NCBI GenBank assembly: GCA_965140705.1
Contig: OZ223301.1
Coordinates: forward strand, 64,001-128,000
DNA from: an uncultured Arcobacter sp.
GTDB lineage: Bacteria > Campylobacterota > Campylobacteria > Campylobacterales > Arcobacteraceae
Direction: 5' to 3'
DNA: 64,000 nt
Shown: positions 32,246-42,282 of the stretch, in pieces
Numbering within the stretch: the stretch's first letter is position 1
How the letters are laid out: each line of letters begins with the position of its first letter
Notes under the pieces: model-generated
Told to the model about the DNA's origin: nothing
The model's database searches: none
The model's input: only the letters and a program-made list of their open reading frames with translations
Program-made: the position numbers and the translations under genes

Positions 32246-33169
32246 ATGGGACAAAAGCGAGTTATAATTGAAGATGAATTCAAAGAAGACGAAGAGATTG
32301 ATACCCATGAAAATATAAAACATAAGTCAAAAAACTTTAAAAGAAAAAGAAATGAGCTTAAACAAAAGGGCAAAAAAGTTCAAATTTGGGTTAAAAAAGA
32401 GACCTTGGAATATGAAAAAGAACTTACTTTACTTCAAATAGAATTATTAAAATTTCAAAATTATGTAAAAGATAAAGGTTTGAAAGTTTTGATGATTTTT
32501 GAAGGAAGAGATGCAGCTGGTAAAGGTGGTACAATAAAAAGAATCACTGAACATCTAAATCCTAGGGGAGCTAGAATAGTAGCCCTTGGAAAACCAGGTG
32601 ATATTGAAAAAACACAATGGTATTTCCAACGATATACTCAACATCTGCCTAGTGCTGGAGAAATGGTCTTTTTTGATAGGTCTTGGTACAACAGAGGTGG
32701 AGTTGAACCTGTTATGGGATTTTGTACAACTGAAGAGCACCATGAGTTTTTAAGAGAAGTACCAGAGTTTGAAAAAATGATTGTAAAATCAGGAATAATT
32801 TTGTTTAAATTTTATTTCTCAGTTTCAAAGAAAGAGCAAGCAAGAAGATTTAAAAAAAGAGAGATAGACCCTTTAAAACAATTTAAGCTCTCTCCTGTAG
32901 ATAAAGAATCGCAAAAACTTTGGGATAATTACACGACAGCTAAATTTTCTATGTTAATGGCTTCTAATACAGATATTGCTCCATGGACTGTTATTAGAAG
33001 TGATAACAAAAAGTTAGCAAGATTAAATTGTATAAAATATATATTAACAAATGTAAATTATACTGATAAAATTGAATCTGACTTATTAAATATAGATAAA
33101 GATTTAGTAAATACTGGAACTGAAGAGATTGAGCATATGGAAAAAGAGAACAAATTTGCAAAGGTATAA
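32246..33169 (+). CDS. ppk2: Polyphosphate kinase 2
   Basis: FEGRDAAGKGG, WYFQRY, FDRSWYNR. Confidence 0.95.
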   Translation: MGQKRVIIEDEFKEDEEIDTHENIKHKSKNFKRKRNELKQKGKKVQIWVKKETLEYEKELTLLQIELLKFQNYVKDKGLKVLMIFEGRDAAGKGGTIKRITEHLNPRGARIVALGKPGDIEKTQWYFQRYTQHLPSAGEMVFFDRSWYNRGGVEPVMGFCTTEEHHEFLREVPEFEKMIVKSGIILFKFYFSVSKKEQARRFKKREIDPLKQFKLSPVDKESQKLWDNYTTAKFSMLMASNTDIAPWTVIRSDNKKLARLNCIKYILTNVNYTDKIESDLLNIDKDLVNTGTEEIEHMEKENKFAKV

Positions 33170-33172
33170 TAG

Positions 33173-34297
33173 ATGAATTTAAATGATTTTGAAAAGACTG
33201 ATTATAATGGTTTATATGTTTCAAAAGTTGCCCATGTAACTTATGGAAGAAAATATGTAGCAAGATTTCAATATGATAAAAAAAGATATGTAAAAGTTTT
33301 GGGTTATTCAAAAAAAGATAATATTACTAAAAGAGATGCAATTACTTTGATGAATAATTATAAAGATAGTATTATCACAGCCCAAGAAGAAGCACCGAAA
33401 ATTGAAGTTTTAGACGAAAATAAAACTACAATTTCAGCTAAAGAGTATGAAAAAGTAGTTTCTCAAAACAAAGAGATGAAAGATTTATTAGGTGATTATA
33501 AATCACTTGATAAAAATGTTATGAGAGATGGAATCAGAAAGATTTATGAACTTGAAGAGCTTAAACACTATCAAATAGAACTAATCAAACTTCAAGATTA
33601 TTTGGAAAAAGAAAATAAAAGAATGATTATTCTTTTTGAAGGTAGAGATGCCTCTGGAAAAGGTGGAGCTATCAGAAGAATCACTAGATATATGAATAAT
33701 AAACATTACAGAATAGTTGCTCTTGGTAAGCCTGATGATACTCAAAGAAATCAATGGTTTTTCCAAAGATATATTCAACATTTCCCAACAGGTGGAGAGA
33801 TGGTTTTATTTGATAGATCGTGGTATAACAGAGCGATGGTGGAGCCTATATTTGGATTTTGTACACAAGAAGAACATGAAATCTTTATGGAAGATGTTGT
33901 TAATTTTGAGCAAGATTTAGTAAGACAAGGAATGATTTTAATTAAATTATATTTTTCTGTTTCAAAAGATGAACAAAAAAGAAGATTTGATAGAAGAATT
34001 AATGACCCACTTAGACAATGGAAATTTTCAGAAGTGGATATGCAAGCCCAAGATTTATGGGGTGAGTTTTCTGAGAAAAAATATGAGATGCTTAGACGTA
34101 CAAATTCAAGAAGTGCACCATGGCATATTGTAAGAAGTGATAATAAATTTTTATCAAGAATTGAAGCTATGAAAATCATACTTAATTCTGTAGATTATGA
34201 TGGTAAAAATTATGCTTTAAATTTTGAAGCAAATGATAAAATCAACATCTCTGTTCAAAGAGAGTTGATGCAAATGAGAAAATCAGCTAATTACTAA
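33173..34297 (+). CDS. ppk2: Polyphosphate kinase 2 paralog with extra N-terminal domain
   Basis: FEGRDASGKGG, WFFQRY, FDRSWYNR; about 70-aa unrelated N-terminal domain. Confidence 0.92.
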   Translation: MNLNDFEKTDYNGLYVSKVAHVTYGRKYVARFQYDKKRYVKVLGYSKKDNITKRDAITLMNNYKDSIITAQEEAPKIEVLDENKTTISAKEYEKVVSQNKEMKDLLGDYKSLDKNVMRDGIRKIYELEELKHYQIELIKLQDYLEKENKRMIILFEGRDASGKGGAIRRITRYMNNKHYRIVALGKPDDTQRNQWFFQRYIQHFPTGGEMVLFDRSWYNRAMVEPIFGFCTQEEHEIFMEDVVNFEQDLVRQGMILIKLYFSVSKDEQKRRFDRRINDPLRQWKFSEVDMQAQDLWGEFSEKKYEMLRRTNSRSAPWHIVRSDNKFLSRIEAMKIILNSVDYDGKNYALNFEANDKINISVQRELMQMRKSANY

Positions 34298-34299
34298 AA

Positions 34300-36114
34300 T
34301 TACCAAGGAGATGAAGAACTATTTTCAGAATTGTTCTTTGTCTCAACTTTTTTCAGTAAGATAGGTGTTTTTTGATCTTTAAGTAAATCTAACCACTTTT
34401 TTTCTTCTTTATTTGAGAGTATATTCTTTTTTATATTAGCTTGACTTGCTTCTCTTTTCTCTTGGCTATTTTTATTTTTTTGGTTATTTTGTTTATCTTG
34501 GTTTTTTTCGTTTTGTTTATTCTTTTCATTATTTTGTTTATTTTTATCTTCATTTTTATTTTGTTTATTATTGTCACTGTTTTTCTTATCATTTTTTTGT
34601 TTACTGTTTTTGTTTTTATCGTTTCTATTATTTTTATTATCCTTATTATCCTTATTATCCTTATTATTTTTATTATTTTTATTATTTTTATTATTTTTAT
34701 TGTTTTTATTGTTTTTATTGTTCTTGTCATCATTGTTATTCTTTTTATTTTTCATTGCATTTTCTACAATTTTTAAGTTCTCTCTTGTTTGTTTATCTTC
34801 TTTTATTTTTAAAGCTTTTTCATACATTTTTTTTGCATTTTCTAAATCATTTAATTTAACATAAGTATTCCCCATATTGTGAAGTTTTTTAAACTCTAGA
34901 TTTTCATCACTAGTTGTTATATCTTTATATATATCTAAGGCACTTTTATATTTTTTTTCTTTGTATAAAGAGTTCGCAAAATCATATTTACCTTCATTTT
35001 TACTAATAAAGTCTTTAAATTTATTTGAGGCAGTTTTGTAATCTTTTTCATTATAAGCATTTGTAGCATCTTTTATAGTATTAAAATCCAATAAAGAAGC
35101 TTGCAAATTTATATTTTGTAAGAGTAATAAAAGTACAGATAATCTTAAAACTGATTTGATATTTGGTAATGATGAAAATGCAATTAAGAGTAAAATTAAA
35201 GCTAAACATAAAGGGTAATAAAATAGTTCAGTATAAGTTTTTTGTTTTTTTATTTGCATATTTATTTTATTTGCTTTTTTTGTAATATCATTTATAATTG
35301 AGTTAATATCATCGTCATTTAATGTATATCTTGTATATCCACCATTTGTATTTAGACTGAGTTTTTTTATACTTTCATTTAATTTTACCATTGCAATATT
35401 ACCATCTTTATCATTTATATAGCCATCTTTTGATGGTATTGGAGTAGGCTTATTTGTTGCAATTGTTATGATATAGACATTTAGATTATTCTTATTTGCA
35501 TATTCAATTTCTTTTTTATAATCACCTTCATTTCCCCCATCAGTTAATAAAATTATATTCTTTGATTTATAATTTTTTAGCAGTTTAGTTGAAGCTTCAA
35601 GGGCAGAAAATATATTTGAACCATTATTTATATTTAGATTATAATCAAAATTTTGAAGTAAAAAATCTAATGAAGTAAAATCATTTGTAAGTGGTGATAA
35701 AATAAATGATGATTGACCAAAAATTATTACTCCAACTGAGAGCTGATTTGGTGATTTGATAAGGTCCAATGCTTTTTTCTTTGCCATTTTTAACCTACTT
35801 GGAAGAACATCTTGTGCTAACATTGATTTTGATGCATCAATTGCCACAACTACGGGAATTACTTTTTGATTAATGTTTTGTTCTTTTTCATTTGTAACAG
35901 GTCTAGCAAGGGCAATTACCATAAATATAAGTGCTATAAATAATAAAATATTTCTACTTTTTTTTGTCAAGTTTGAGTTTGGTATTGCAAGCCTATTTAA
36001 AACATCTTGGTTAAATATTTTTTCAAATTTACTTTTTTGTGTAACGATTAAAAAAAATAGTATTAATAATGGAATTAACATCATTAGAAGTACATTAGGG
36101 TATAAAAATTGCAT
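34300..36114 (-). CDS. VWA plus TPR membrane protein (BatB/BatC-like)
   Basis: N-terminal TMs with ALARP; MIDAS DASKS, LLTDG; TPRs (HNMGNTY); N/K/Q low-complexity tail. Confidence 0.85.
   Translation of the reverse strand: MQFLYPNVLLMMLIPLLILFFLIVTQKSKFEKIFNQDVLNRLAIPNSNLTKKSRNILLFIALIFMVIALARPVTNEKEQNINQKVIPVVVAIDASKSMLAQDVLPSRLKMAKKKALDLIKSPNQLSVGVIIFGQSSFILSPLTNDFTSLDFLLQNFDYNLNINNGSNIFSALEASTKLLKNYKSKNIILLTDGGNEGDYKKEIEYANKNNLNVYIITIATNKPTPIPSKDGYINDKDGNIAMVKLNESIKKLSLNTNGGYTRYTLNDDDINSIINDITKKANKINMQIKKQKTYTELFYYPLCLALILLLIAFSSLPNIKSVLRLSVLLLLLQNINLQASLLDFNTIKDATNAYNEKDYKTASNKFKDFISKNEGKYDFANSLYKEKKYKSALDIYKDITTSDENLEFKKLHNMGNTYVKLNDLENAKKMYEKALKIKEDKQTRENLKIVENAMKNKKNNNDDKNNKNNKNNKNNKNNKNNKNNKDNKDNKDNKNNRNDKNKNSKQKNDKKNSDNNKQNKNEDKNKQNNEKNKQNEKNQDKQNNQKNKNSQEKREASQANIKKNILSNKEEKKWLDLLKDQKTPILLKKVETKNNSENSSSSPW
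34626..34725 (-). repeat. Intragenic 9-bp tandem repeat (VNTR) encoding (K-N/D-N)n
   Basis: About 11 units of TTATTATTT/TTATTATCC/TTATTGTTT on the + strand. Confidence 0.85.
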
Positions 36115-36214
36115 AAACACTCTTTTGTGTAGATTTATATAAAGAACAATTTTAGTAAAGCCTTAGTAAAATTTAGATAAAATCGCTCAAAATAATTATA
36201 ATGGAGAAAAGTTA

Positions 36215-37516
36215 ATGGAATTTAACGCAAAAAGAGTTGATGAAGCTAATGCAGAAATAACTGCAACTATGACTAAAGCTACAATCGACGCAAAAATGGA
36301 CAAAATAGCTAAAGAAGCTGCAAAAACAATGAATATACAAGGATTTAGAAAAGGTAAAGTTCCTGTAAATGTTGTTAAAGCTAGATATGGTGAAAAATTG
36401 TCTGAAGATGCAGCTAACGAAGTATTAAGAGATTTATTACAAGAAGGATTAGCTAAATTAGAAATTGCGAATGATGAATTAATTGGTGAACCAGGTGTTA
36501 GTAAATTTGACAAAAAAGATAATGGTGATATTGATGTTGAAGTTAAAGTATCTTCTAAACCAAAATTTGATTTAGGTGATTACAAATCATTAATCCCAGC
36601 TGTTAAAGAGAAAAAAGTAGCTAAAAAAGATCTTACTGAAAGATTAGAAAATCTTGCAAAAGGTTCAGCTCCGTTAGAAAAAATCAAAAGAAAAAGAATG
36701 GTAAAAGAAGGTGACTTCGCTGTTATCGATTTCGAAGGTTTTGTTGATGGTGTTGCTTTTGAAGGTGGGAAAGCAGAAAAATATGCATTAGAAGTTGGTT
36801 CTAATTCATTTATTCCAGGATTTGAAGAGCAAGTTTTAGGAATGAAATATGACGAGCAAAAAGATATCGTTGTAACTTTCCCAGAAACTTATCAAGCTAA
36901 AAATTTAGCTGGAAAAGAAGCTACTTTTAAAGTAACTTTACATGAAATTCAAGAAAAAGTTCCTGCTGAATTAGATGATGAATTTGCTAAAAAAATGTTA
37001 CCAAATGAAGAAGATGCTACAATTGATACATTAAAAGCAAAAATTGAAGAACAAATGAAAACTGAATTAATGTATACATATTATAGAGAAGAGTTAAAAC
37101 CTGCATATTTAGATAAATTAGTAGAAAAAGTTAACTTTGCTTTACCAACAAGTGTTGTTGATCAAGAAGTTAATTACGCTTTAAATAATAAAGTAAGAAC
37201 TATGACAGAAGAAGAGATTAAAGAACTTCAAGAAAATGCTGAAAAAGTTGAAGCAATTAGAGATGAATTAAAAGCAGATGCTGAAACTTCAGTAAAAGCT
37301 ACATTTATTGTTGATGCATTAGCTGCTGCTGAAGGTGTTGAAGTAAATGATCAAGAAGTTACTCAAGTAATTTATTATGAAGCAATGCAAAATGGACAAA
37401 ATCCTCAAGATGTTTTAAAACAATACCAAGATGCAGGTTATATGCCAGCTATTAAAATGTCAATGATTGAAGATAAAGTTTTAAATAAATTATTTGATGA
37501 AAAACTAGGTAAATAA
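36215..37516 (+). CDS. tig: Trigger factor
   Basis: GFRKGKVP, FKBP domain (FEGG, FIPGFEEQ). Confidence 0.97.
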   Translation: MEFNAKRVDEANAEITATMTKATIDAKMDKIAKEAAKTMNIQGFRKGKVPVNVVKARYGEKLSEDAANEVLRDLLQEGLAKLEIANDELIGEPGVSKFDKKDNGDIDVEVKVSSKPKFDLGDYKSLIPAVKEKKVAKKDLTERLENLAKGSAPLEKIKRKRMVKEGDFAVIDFEGFVDGVAFEGGKAEKYALEVGSNSFIPGFEEQVLGMKYDEQKDIVVTFPETYQAKNLAGKEATFKVTLHEIQEKVPAELDDEFAKKMLPNEEDATIDTLKAKIEEQMKTELMYTYYREELKPAYLDKLVEKVNFALPTSVVDQEVNYALNNKVRTMTEEEIKELQENAEKVEAIRDELKADAETSVKATFIVDALAAAEGVEVNDQEVTQVIYYEAMQNGQNPQDVLKQYQDAGYMPAIKMSMIEDKVLNKLFDEKLGK

Positions 37517-37536
37517 ATTAAAAATAGGAAAATTAT

Positions 37537-38121
37537 ATGAGTTATATTCCATACGTTGTAGAAAAATCTGGTAGAGGTGAAAGAAGCTATGATATTTATT
37601 CAAGACTTCTAAAAGATAGAATTATTATGTTAAGTGGAGAGATAAATGATGCTGTTGCTTCTACAGTTGTAGCACAATTACTTTTCTTAGAAGCTGAAGA
37701 TCCAGATAAAGATATCTATTTATACATAAACTCTCCGGGTGGAGTTATCACAAGTGGAATGTCTATATATGATACTATGAATTATATCAAGCCTGATGTT
37801 TGTACTATTTGTATAGGGCAAGCTGCTTCAATGGGTGCATTTTTATTAAGTTCTGGAGTTAAGGGTAAAAGATATTCTTTACCTAACTCTAGAGTTATGA
37901 TTCACCAACCATTAGGTGGAGCACAAGGTCAAGCTACTGATATCCAAATTCAAGCAAAAGAGATTCAAAGAATGAAAGATACTCTTAACCAAATGATTTC
38001 TGAGCAAACAGGTCAACCATTAAAAGTTATTGAAAAAGATACAGATAGAGATAACTTTATGAGTGCAGAAGAAGCTTGTAAATATGGATTAATTGACGAA
38101 GTAATTACAAATCACAAGTAA
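37537..38121 (+). CDS. clpP: Clp protease proteolytic subunit
   Basis: [26 protein letters not shown]. Confidence 0.98.
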   Translation: MSYIPYVVEKSGRGERSYDIYSRLLKDRIIMLSGEINDAVASTVVAQLLFLEAEDPDKDIYLYINSPGGVITSGMSIYDTMNYIKPDVCTICIGQAASMGAFLLSSGVKGKRYSLPNSRVMIHQPLGGAQGQATDIQIQAKEIQRMKDTLNQMISEQTGQPLKVIEKDTDRDNFMSAEEACKYGLIDEVITNHK

Positions 38122-38129
38122 GAGAAATA

Positions 38130-38648
38130 ATGGTAAGAGAAGTAATAACTTATCCAAATAAGCTACTTAGAGAAAAATCAAAAGATGTTGTGAAGTTTGA
38201 TGATGAACTTCACACTCTTTTAGATGATATGTATGAAACTATGATTGCGCAAAATGGTGTAGGCCTAGCAGCAATTCAAGTTTCAGTTCCACTTAATGTT
38301 CTTATTATTCTGATTCCAGATGAAAATGATATTCAAGCTAAAGACTCTTTAATTGAAGCAATAAATCCAAAAATAACTCATAAAGATGGTGTTCAAGTTT
38401 TTACTGAAGGTTGTTTAAGTGTTCCTGGATTTAATGAAGATGTAAAAAGAGCTCAACATATAATTGTAGAGTATCAAGATAGATTTGGGAATAATCAAAA
38501 AATGGAAACAGAAGACTTTTTAGCTGTTGCATGGCAACATGAAATGGACCATCTTGAAGGTCACCTTTTTATTGAAAAACTTTCTTTAATGAAAAGAAAG
38601 AAATTTGAAAAAGAGTACAAAAAAGCCCAAAAAAACAATAAGTCTTAA
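38130..38648 (+). CDS. def: Peptide deformylase
   Basis: GVGLAAIQ, EGCLS, QHEMDHL. Confidence 0.97.
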   Translation: MVREVITYPNKLLREKSKDVVKFDDELHTLLDDMYETMIAQNGVGLAAIQVSVPLNVLIILIPDENDIQAKDSLIEAINPKITHKDGVQVFTEGCLSVPGFNEDVKRAQHIIVEYQDRFGNNQKMETEDFLAVAWQHEMDHLEGHLFIEKLSLMKRKKFEKEYKKAQKNNKS

Positions 38649-38761
38649 TTATTGTTAAGATTAAAAATAAAATATCCATGTAAAAATTTATATATAATTA
38701 TAAAAAATGCTACCTTAGAATTATAGGTGTAATTTGTGTGGGTGATGAAGCTACCTTTACA

Positions 38762-38795
38762 AAAGGCTTACTAAGTTTTTTCATAGTAAGCCTTT
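38762..38795. terminator. Intrinsic terminator-like hairpin
   Basis: AAAGGCTTACTA/TAGTAAGCCTTT 12-bp inverted repeat. Confidence 0.7.
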
Positions 38796-38843
38796 CTAAT
38801 GCAATTAATTAAAGTCAAAATTAAAAAAATTCTTTTATTTGAG

Positions 38844-39743
38844 TTATAAAATATGTCCCATATGCTCTTTTTTTGTTTGCAAGTAATTTTCATTAAATTT
38901 ATTTATTTTTGTGATTGAGGGAATTCTTTCATCTATTTTTATACCAGAATTTTCAACATATTCTATTTTTGTTGGATTATTTGTAATTAACTTTATAGTT
39001 TTAAGACCTAAGTCTTTTAATATAAATCCAACTGCTTTATAGTCTCTTTCATCTTCTTTAAATCCTAATTTCAAATTTGCATCAATTGTATTATAACCTT
39101 GATCTTGAAGGTTATAAGCATTTATCTTATTTACTAATCCAATATTTCTTCCTTCTTGTCTATGATAAATAACAAGTCCTCCTTGCTTTGAAATTAACTC
39201 TAAAGCGAGATCTAATTGGTTATTACAATCACACTTTAAACTACCTATTGCATCACCAGTTAAACACTCAGAGTGAATTCTCACCATTGGTATTTCTATC
39301 TCAGAAAAGTTTTTACTCATAATTGCAAGATGCTCTTGACAACCATCTTTATATGCTCTAATATCAAAAGTACCATATCTTGTTGGTAGATTGGCAGTTT
39401 TTGATTGAATAATAAATTGTTTATCTTCTTTAAAATATGATCTATAAAAACAAGATTTAGCACCGGTATGACAAGCAGTGTTACCAATTTGCTCCACAAT
39501 TACTAAAACTGTATCTTCATCACAATCAATTTTTAAATCAATCAATTTCTGGATATGACCGCTGCTTTCACCTTTTTTCCATATTCTATTTTTGCTTCTT
39601 GAAAAATAATGTACAATCTTTGTTTCAATAGTCAAATCAAAAGCTTCCTTGTTCATATAACCCAACATTAATATCTCGTTTGTTCCATATTCTTGTGCAA
39701 TAACAGGAACTAATCCATTTGATTTTTTAAAATCAATATTCAT
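38844..39743 (-). CDS. Fusion of phosphoribosyl-AMP cyclohydrolase (HisI) and GTP cyclohydrolase II (RibA)
   Basis: HisI: YFSRS...W.KGESSG, DCDED, ACHTG..SCF; RibA: RIHSECLTGD..GS.KCDC, QEGR.IGL, TNNP. Confidence 0.92.
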   Translation of the reverse strand: MNIDFKKSNGLVPVIAQEYGTNEILMLGYMNKEAFDLTIETKIVHYFSRSKNRIWKKGESSGHIQKLIDLKIDCDEDTVLVIVEQIGNTACHTGAKSCFYRSYFKEDKQFIIQSKTANLPTRYGTFDIRAYKDGCQEHLAIMSKNFSEIEIPMVRIHSECLTGDAIGSLKCDCNNQLDLALELISKQGGLVIYHRQEGRNIGLVNKINAYNLQDQGYNTIDANLKLGFKEDERDYKAVGFILKDLGLKTIKLITNNPTKIEYVENSGIKIDERIPSITKINKFNENYLQTKKEHMGHIL

Positions 39744-39797
39744 AATTTACTCTTTCTTATTTTTTATATTTTAATTATATTCTCAAATGTTAGTAAG

Positions 39798-40052
39798 TTA
39801 AACTAAATAACCTATTTTTATTGACTCTTCCCTAATCTTATCTTTTAAAAGATCAAGTTTATAATTATGTCTTTGTGAAAATTTAAGAATCTCTTCTTCT
39901 CTCTCTTCTTGATTACAAAAAAAATATATTCGTTTTAAAAAAGGTTTAGGAATCTGTATTGCATTGAGTTGAAAGTAGTTTTCTTTACAACTTTTTGAAC
40001 AAAATACTTTACTAATAGATATTTTTTTATTACAGTATAAGCAATGTGACAT
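39798..40052 (-). CDS. Small Zn-ribbon protein (DUF2116-like)
   Basis: HCLYC...FCSKSC; AGGAG RBS. Confidence 0.6.
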   Translation of the reverse strand: MSHCLYCNKKISISKVFCSKSCKENYFQLNAIQIPKPFLKRIYFFCNQEEREEEILKFSQRHNYKLDLLKDKIREESIKIGYLV

Positions 40053-40171
40053 ATAAACTCCTATTTATATAATTTTTTTGTATAAACGGATATTAACAAA
40101 AAATCATTAAATGCAACTTAGTTGCATTTAAAAACTCTTTAGTTAAAATACTTCAAATAAAAAGGGATTGT

Positions 40172-41185
40172 ATGGAAAAATTTATTATAAATTCTGCATT
40201 AGATATGCATCTTCATTTAAGAGATGATGATATGCTAAAGCTTGTAGCACCTTTAACTTCAAAAAGTTTTGCAGGTGCACTTATTATGCCAAATCTTCTT
40301 CCCCCAATTACTACAAAGGAGGCTTTATTATCATATAAACAAAGAATCAATGAGTCTTGTAAAGAAGATAATTTTACTCCCTATGTTACGATTTTTTTTC
40401 AAGTGGATTATTCATACTCATTTTTAGAAGATATAAAAAATGAGATAATTGCTGTAAAACTTTATCCTTTTGGAGTAACAACAAATAGTGAAACAGGTGT
40501 ATCTTCAATGGATGTTGAAACTTTAAGACCAACACTTGAATCAATGAGTAAGTTGGGAATTCCTTTATGTGTACATGGGGAAACAAAAGGTTTTGTTATG
40601 GATAGAGAAAAAGAGTTTTTACCTATCTATGAATCTTTAGCTATTAATTTTCCAAATCTTAAAATAATCATGGAACATATTTCAACAAAAGAAGCAATAG
40701 TTTTACTTAATAAATATGATAATTTATATGCAACCGTAACTATTCATCATCTTCTTTTAACCCTTGATGATGTTGCAGGTGGAATGTTAAATCCCCATAA
40801 TTTTTGTAAACCAATAGTAAAAAGATATGAAGATAGAGATGCTTTACAAGAAGTTGTATTACAAGCACATTCTAAAATTATGTTTGGTTCAGATTCAGCT
40901 CCTCACCAAAAGGAATTAAAAGAGTGTCATCATGGAGCAGCTGGAGTATTTAATTCGCCTATTGCTTTACAACTTCTAACTGAATTTTTTGAAAGAAATG
41001 GTAAATTGGATAAGTTAAATGTTTTTGTAAGTTTGAATGCACAAAGAATTTATAATTTAAAACCTATTTCTAAACCAATTACTCTAATAAAAAAAGATTT
41101 TATAGTTCCTGATGTTTATTCTTATAAAAATGAACAAATAGTTCCAATGTTTGCAGGTAAAACTTTATTTTGGAGTATTGAGTGA
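40172..41185 (+). CDS. pyrC: Dihydroorotase (homodimeric type)
   Basis: DMHLHLR, MPNL, KLYP.G.TTNS, VHGE, MEH, GSDSAPH. Confidence 0.93.
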   Translation: MEKFIINSALDMHLHLRDDDMLKLVAPLTSKSFAGALIMPNLLPPITTKEALLSYKQRINESCKEDNFTPYVTIFFQVDYSYSFLEDIKNEIIAVKLYPFGVTTNSETGVSSMDVETLRPTLESMSKLGIPLCVHGETKGFVMDREKEFLPIYESLAINFPNLKIIMEHISTKEAIVLLNKYDNLYATVTIHHLLLTLDDVAGGMLNPHNFCKPIVKRYEDRDALQEVVLQAHSKIMFGSDSAPHQKELKECHHGAAGVFNSPIALQLLTEFFERNGKLDKLNVFVSLNAQRIYNLKPISKPITLIKKDFIVPDVYSYKNEQIVPMFAGKTLFWSIE

Positions 41186-41727
41186 TAATAAGAAAAAAGT
41201 TCAAATTTGAAGGTGCCCATATAGTAAGAAATTGTTCAACAAAAAGATGTAAAACTTCAATTCATGGACACTCTTATGAGGTTGAAGTATTTTTTACTTC
41301 TAATAAATTAGATAATGGTTATATGATTTTAGATTTTGGATTAACAAAAAAACATATTAAAAATATTATAGACTCTTTTGATCATGCTTACTCTTTATGG
41401 TCACAAGAAACTGATGAGTTTAAAAATTTCTTTAAAACAAATTCACAACGTTGGATAGAGATGCCAGTATCTCCAAGTGCTGAGATTTATAGTTTATTGT
41501 TTTTAAAATTTATTGATCATATTTTAAAAAATACAAGATTTTCTAATGGTGAAGGAGATGTTCAAGTATCATCTGTTCGAGTTCATGAAACAGAAACTGG
41601 CTATGCAGAAGCTTTTGTGAGTGATATGGATTTAATTGAATTAGATATAAAAAAAGTTGTTTTTTCAGATGAAATAGTAAATGAATGGAAAAATAAAAAT
41701 GAACTATTAAAAATATTAGCTATTTAA
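41182..41727 (+). CDS. queD: 6-carboxy-5,6,7,8-tetrahydropterin synthase
   Basis: FEGAHIVRNC...C..SIHGHSY, DFG, FDH, PSAE, V.ET. Confidence 0.85.
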   Translation: MIIRKKFKFEGAHIVRNCSTKRCKTSIHGHSYEVEVFFTSNKLDNGYMILDFGLTKKHIKNIIDSFDHAYSLWSQETDEFKNFFKTNSQRWIEMPVSPSAEIYSLLFLKFIDHILKNTRFSNGEGDVQVSSVRVHETETGYAEAFVSDMDLIELDIKKVVFSDEIVNEWKNKNELLKILAI

Positions 41728-41759
41728 AAGTAGTTATTTAGAATGTAAAGGAGAAAACA

Positions 41760-42146
41760 GTGACTAAAAATCCAAAAGATATATTAAAACAATGGATGAA
41801 AGCAGTAAATGACGGTGATGTAGAAACTTTACTTAATTTATATGATAATAAAGCAGTATTAATTCCAACATTTTCAAATAGATTATTAAACACTGCAGAT
41901 AAATTAAAAGATTATTTTGAAAAACTTGGAAATCGTGAAGACCTTAGTATTGCATTACATGAAAAAACATTAATAACACAAGAATTAGGAAATCAAATTT
42001 TTTTATTAAGTGGTATTTATAATTGGCGTTTTGTAGTGGATGGTGAATTACTAAATTTTGAAGCAAGATTTAGTTATGTAATTGACCTTTCAAAATCAAA
42101 TCCCATCTTACAGCACCATTCATCTCAAATTCCTAGAATGTTATGA
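41760..42146 (+). CDS. SnoaL/NTF2-like protein (DUF4440/SgcJ-like)
   Basis: LY...AVL.PT.S, SG.Y, ARFS, HHSS..P. Confidence 0.75.
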   Translation: MTKNPKDILKQWMKAVNDGDVETLLNLYDNKAVLIPTFSNRLLNTADKLKDYFEKLGNREDLSIALHEKTLITQELGNQIFLLSGIYNWRFVVDGELLNFEARFSYVIDLSKSNPILQHHSSQIPRML

Positions 42147-42282
42147 TTTTTATTTTGACAAAATAGATATATTCAACTTAGTTATGAGATTATGTAGCTA
42201 AATTAAAATATCTACATAAAAATTACATATAAATTAATTAAAAATTACATATAATTATAAAAAAGTTATTATATGGATTTTT

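Noticed and set aside
34431..34864. Four overlapping low-complexity ORFs, or a CRISPR-like array
   Set aside because: They are alternative frames of the 9-bp VNTR; there are no unique spacers and no cas genes
38740..38805. Fluoride riboswitch-like GGTGATG...ACC...CTAATG
   Set aside because: The pseudoknot partner does not pair, and there is no downstream gene on the + strand
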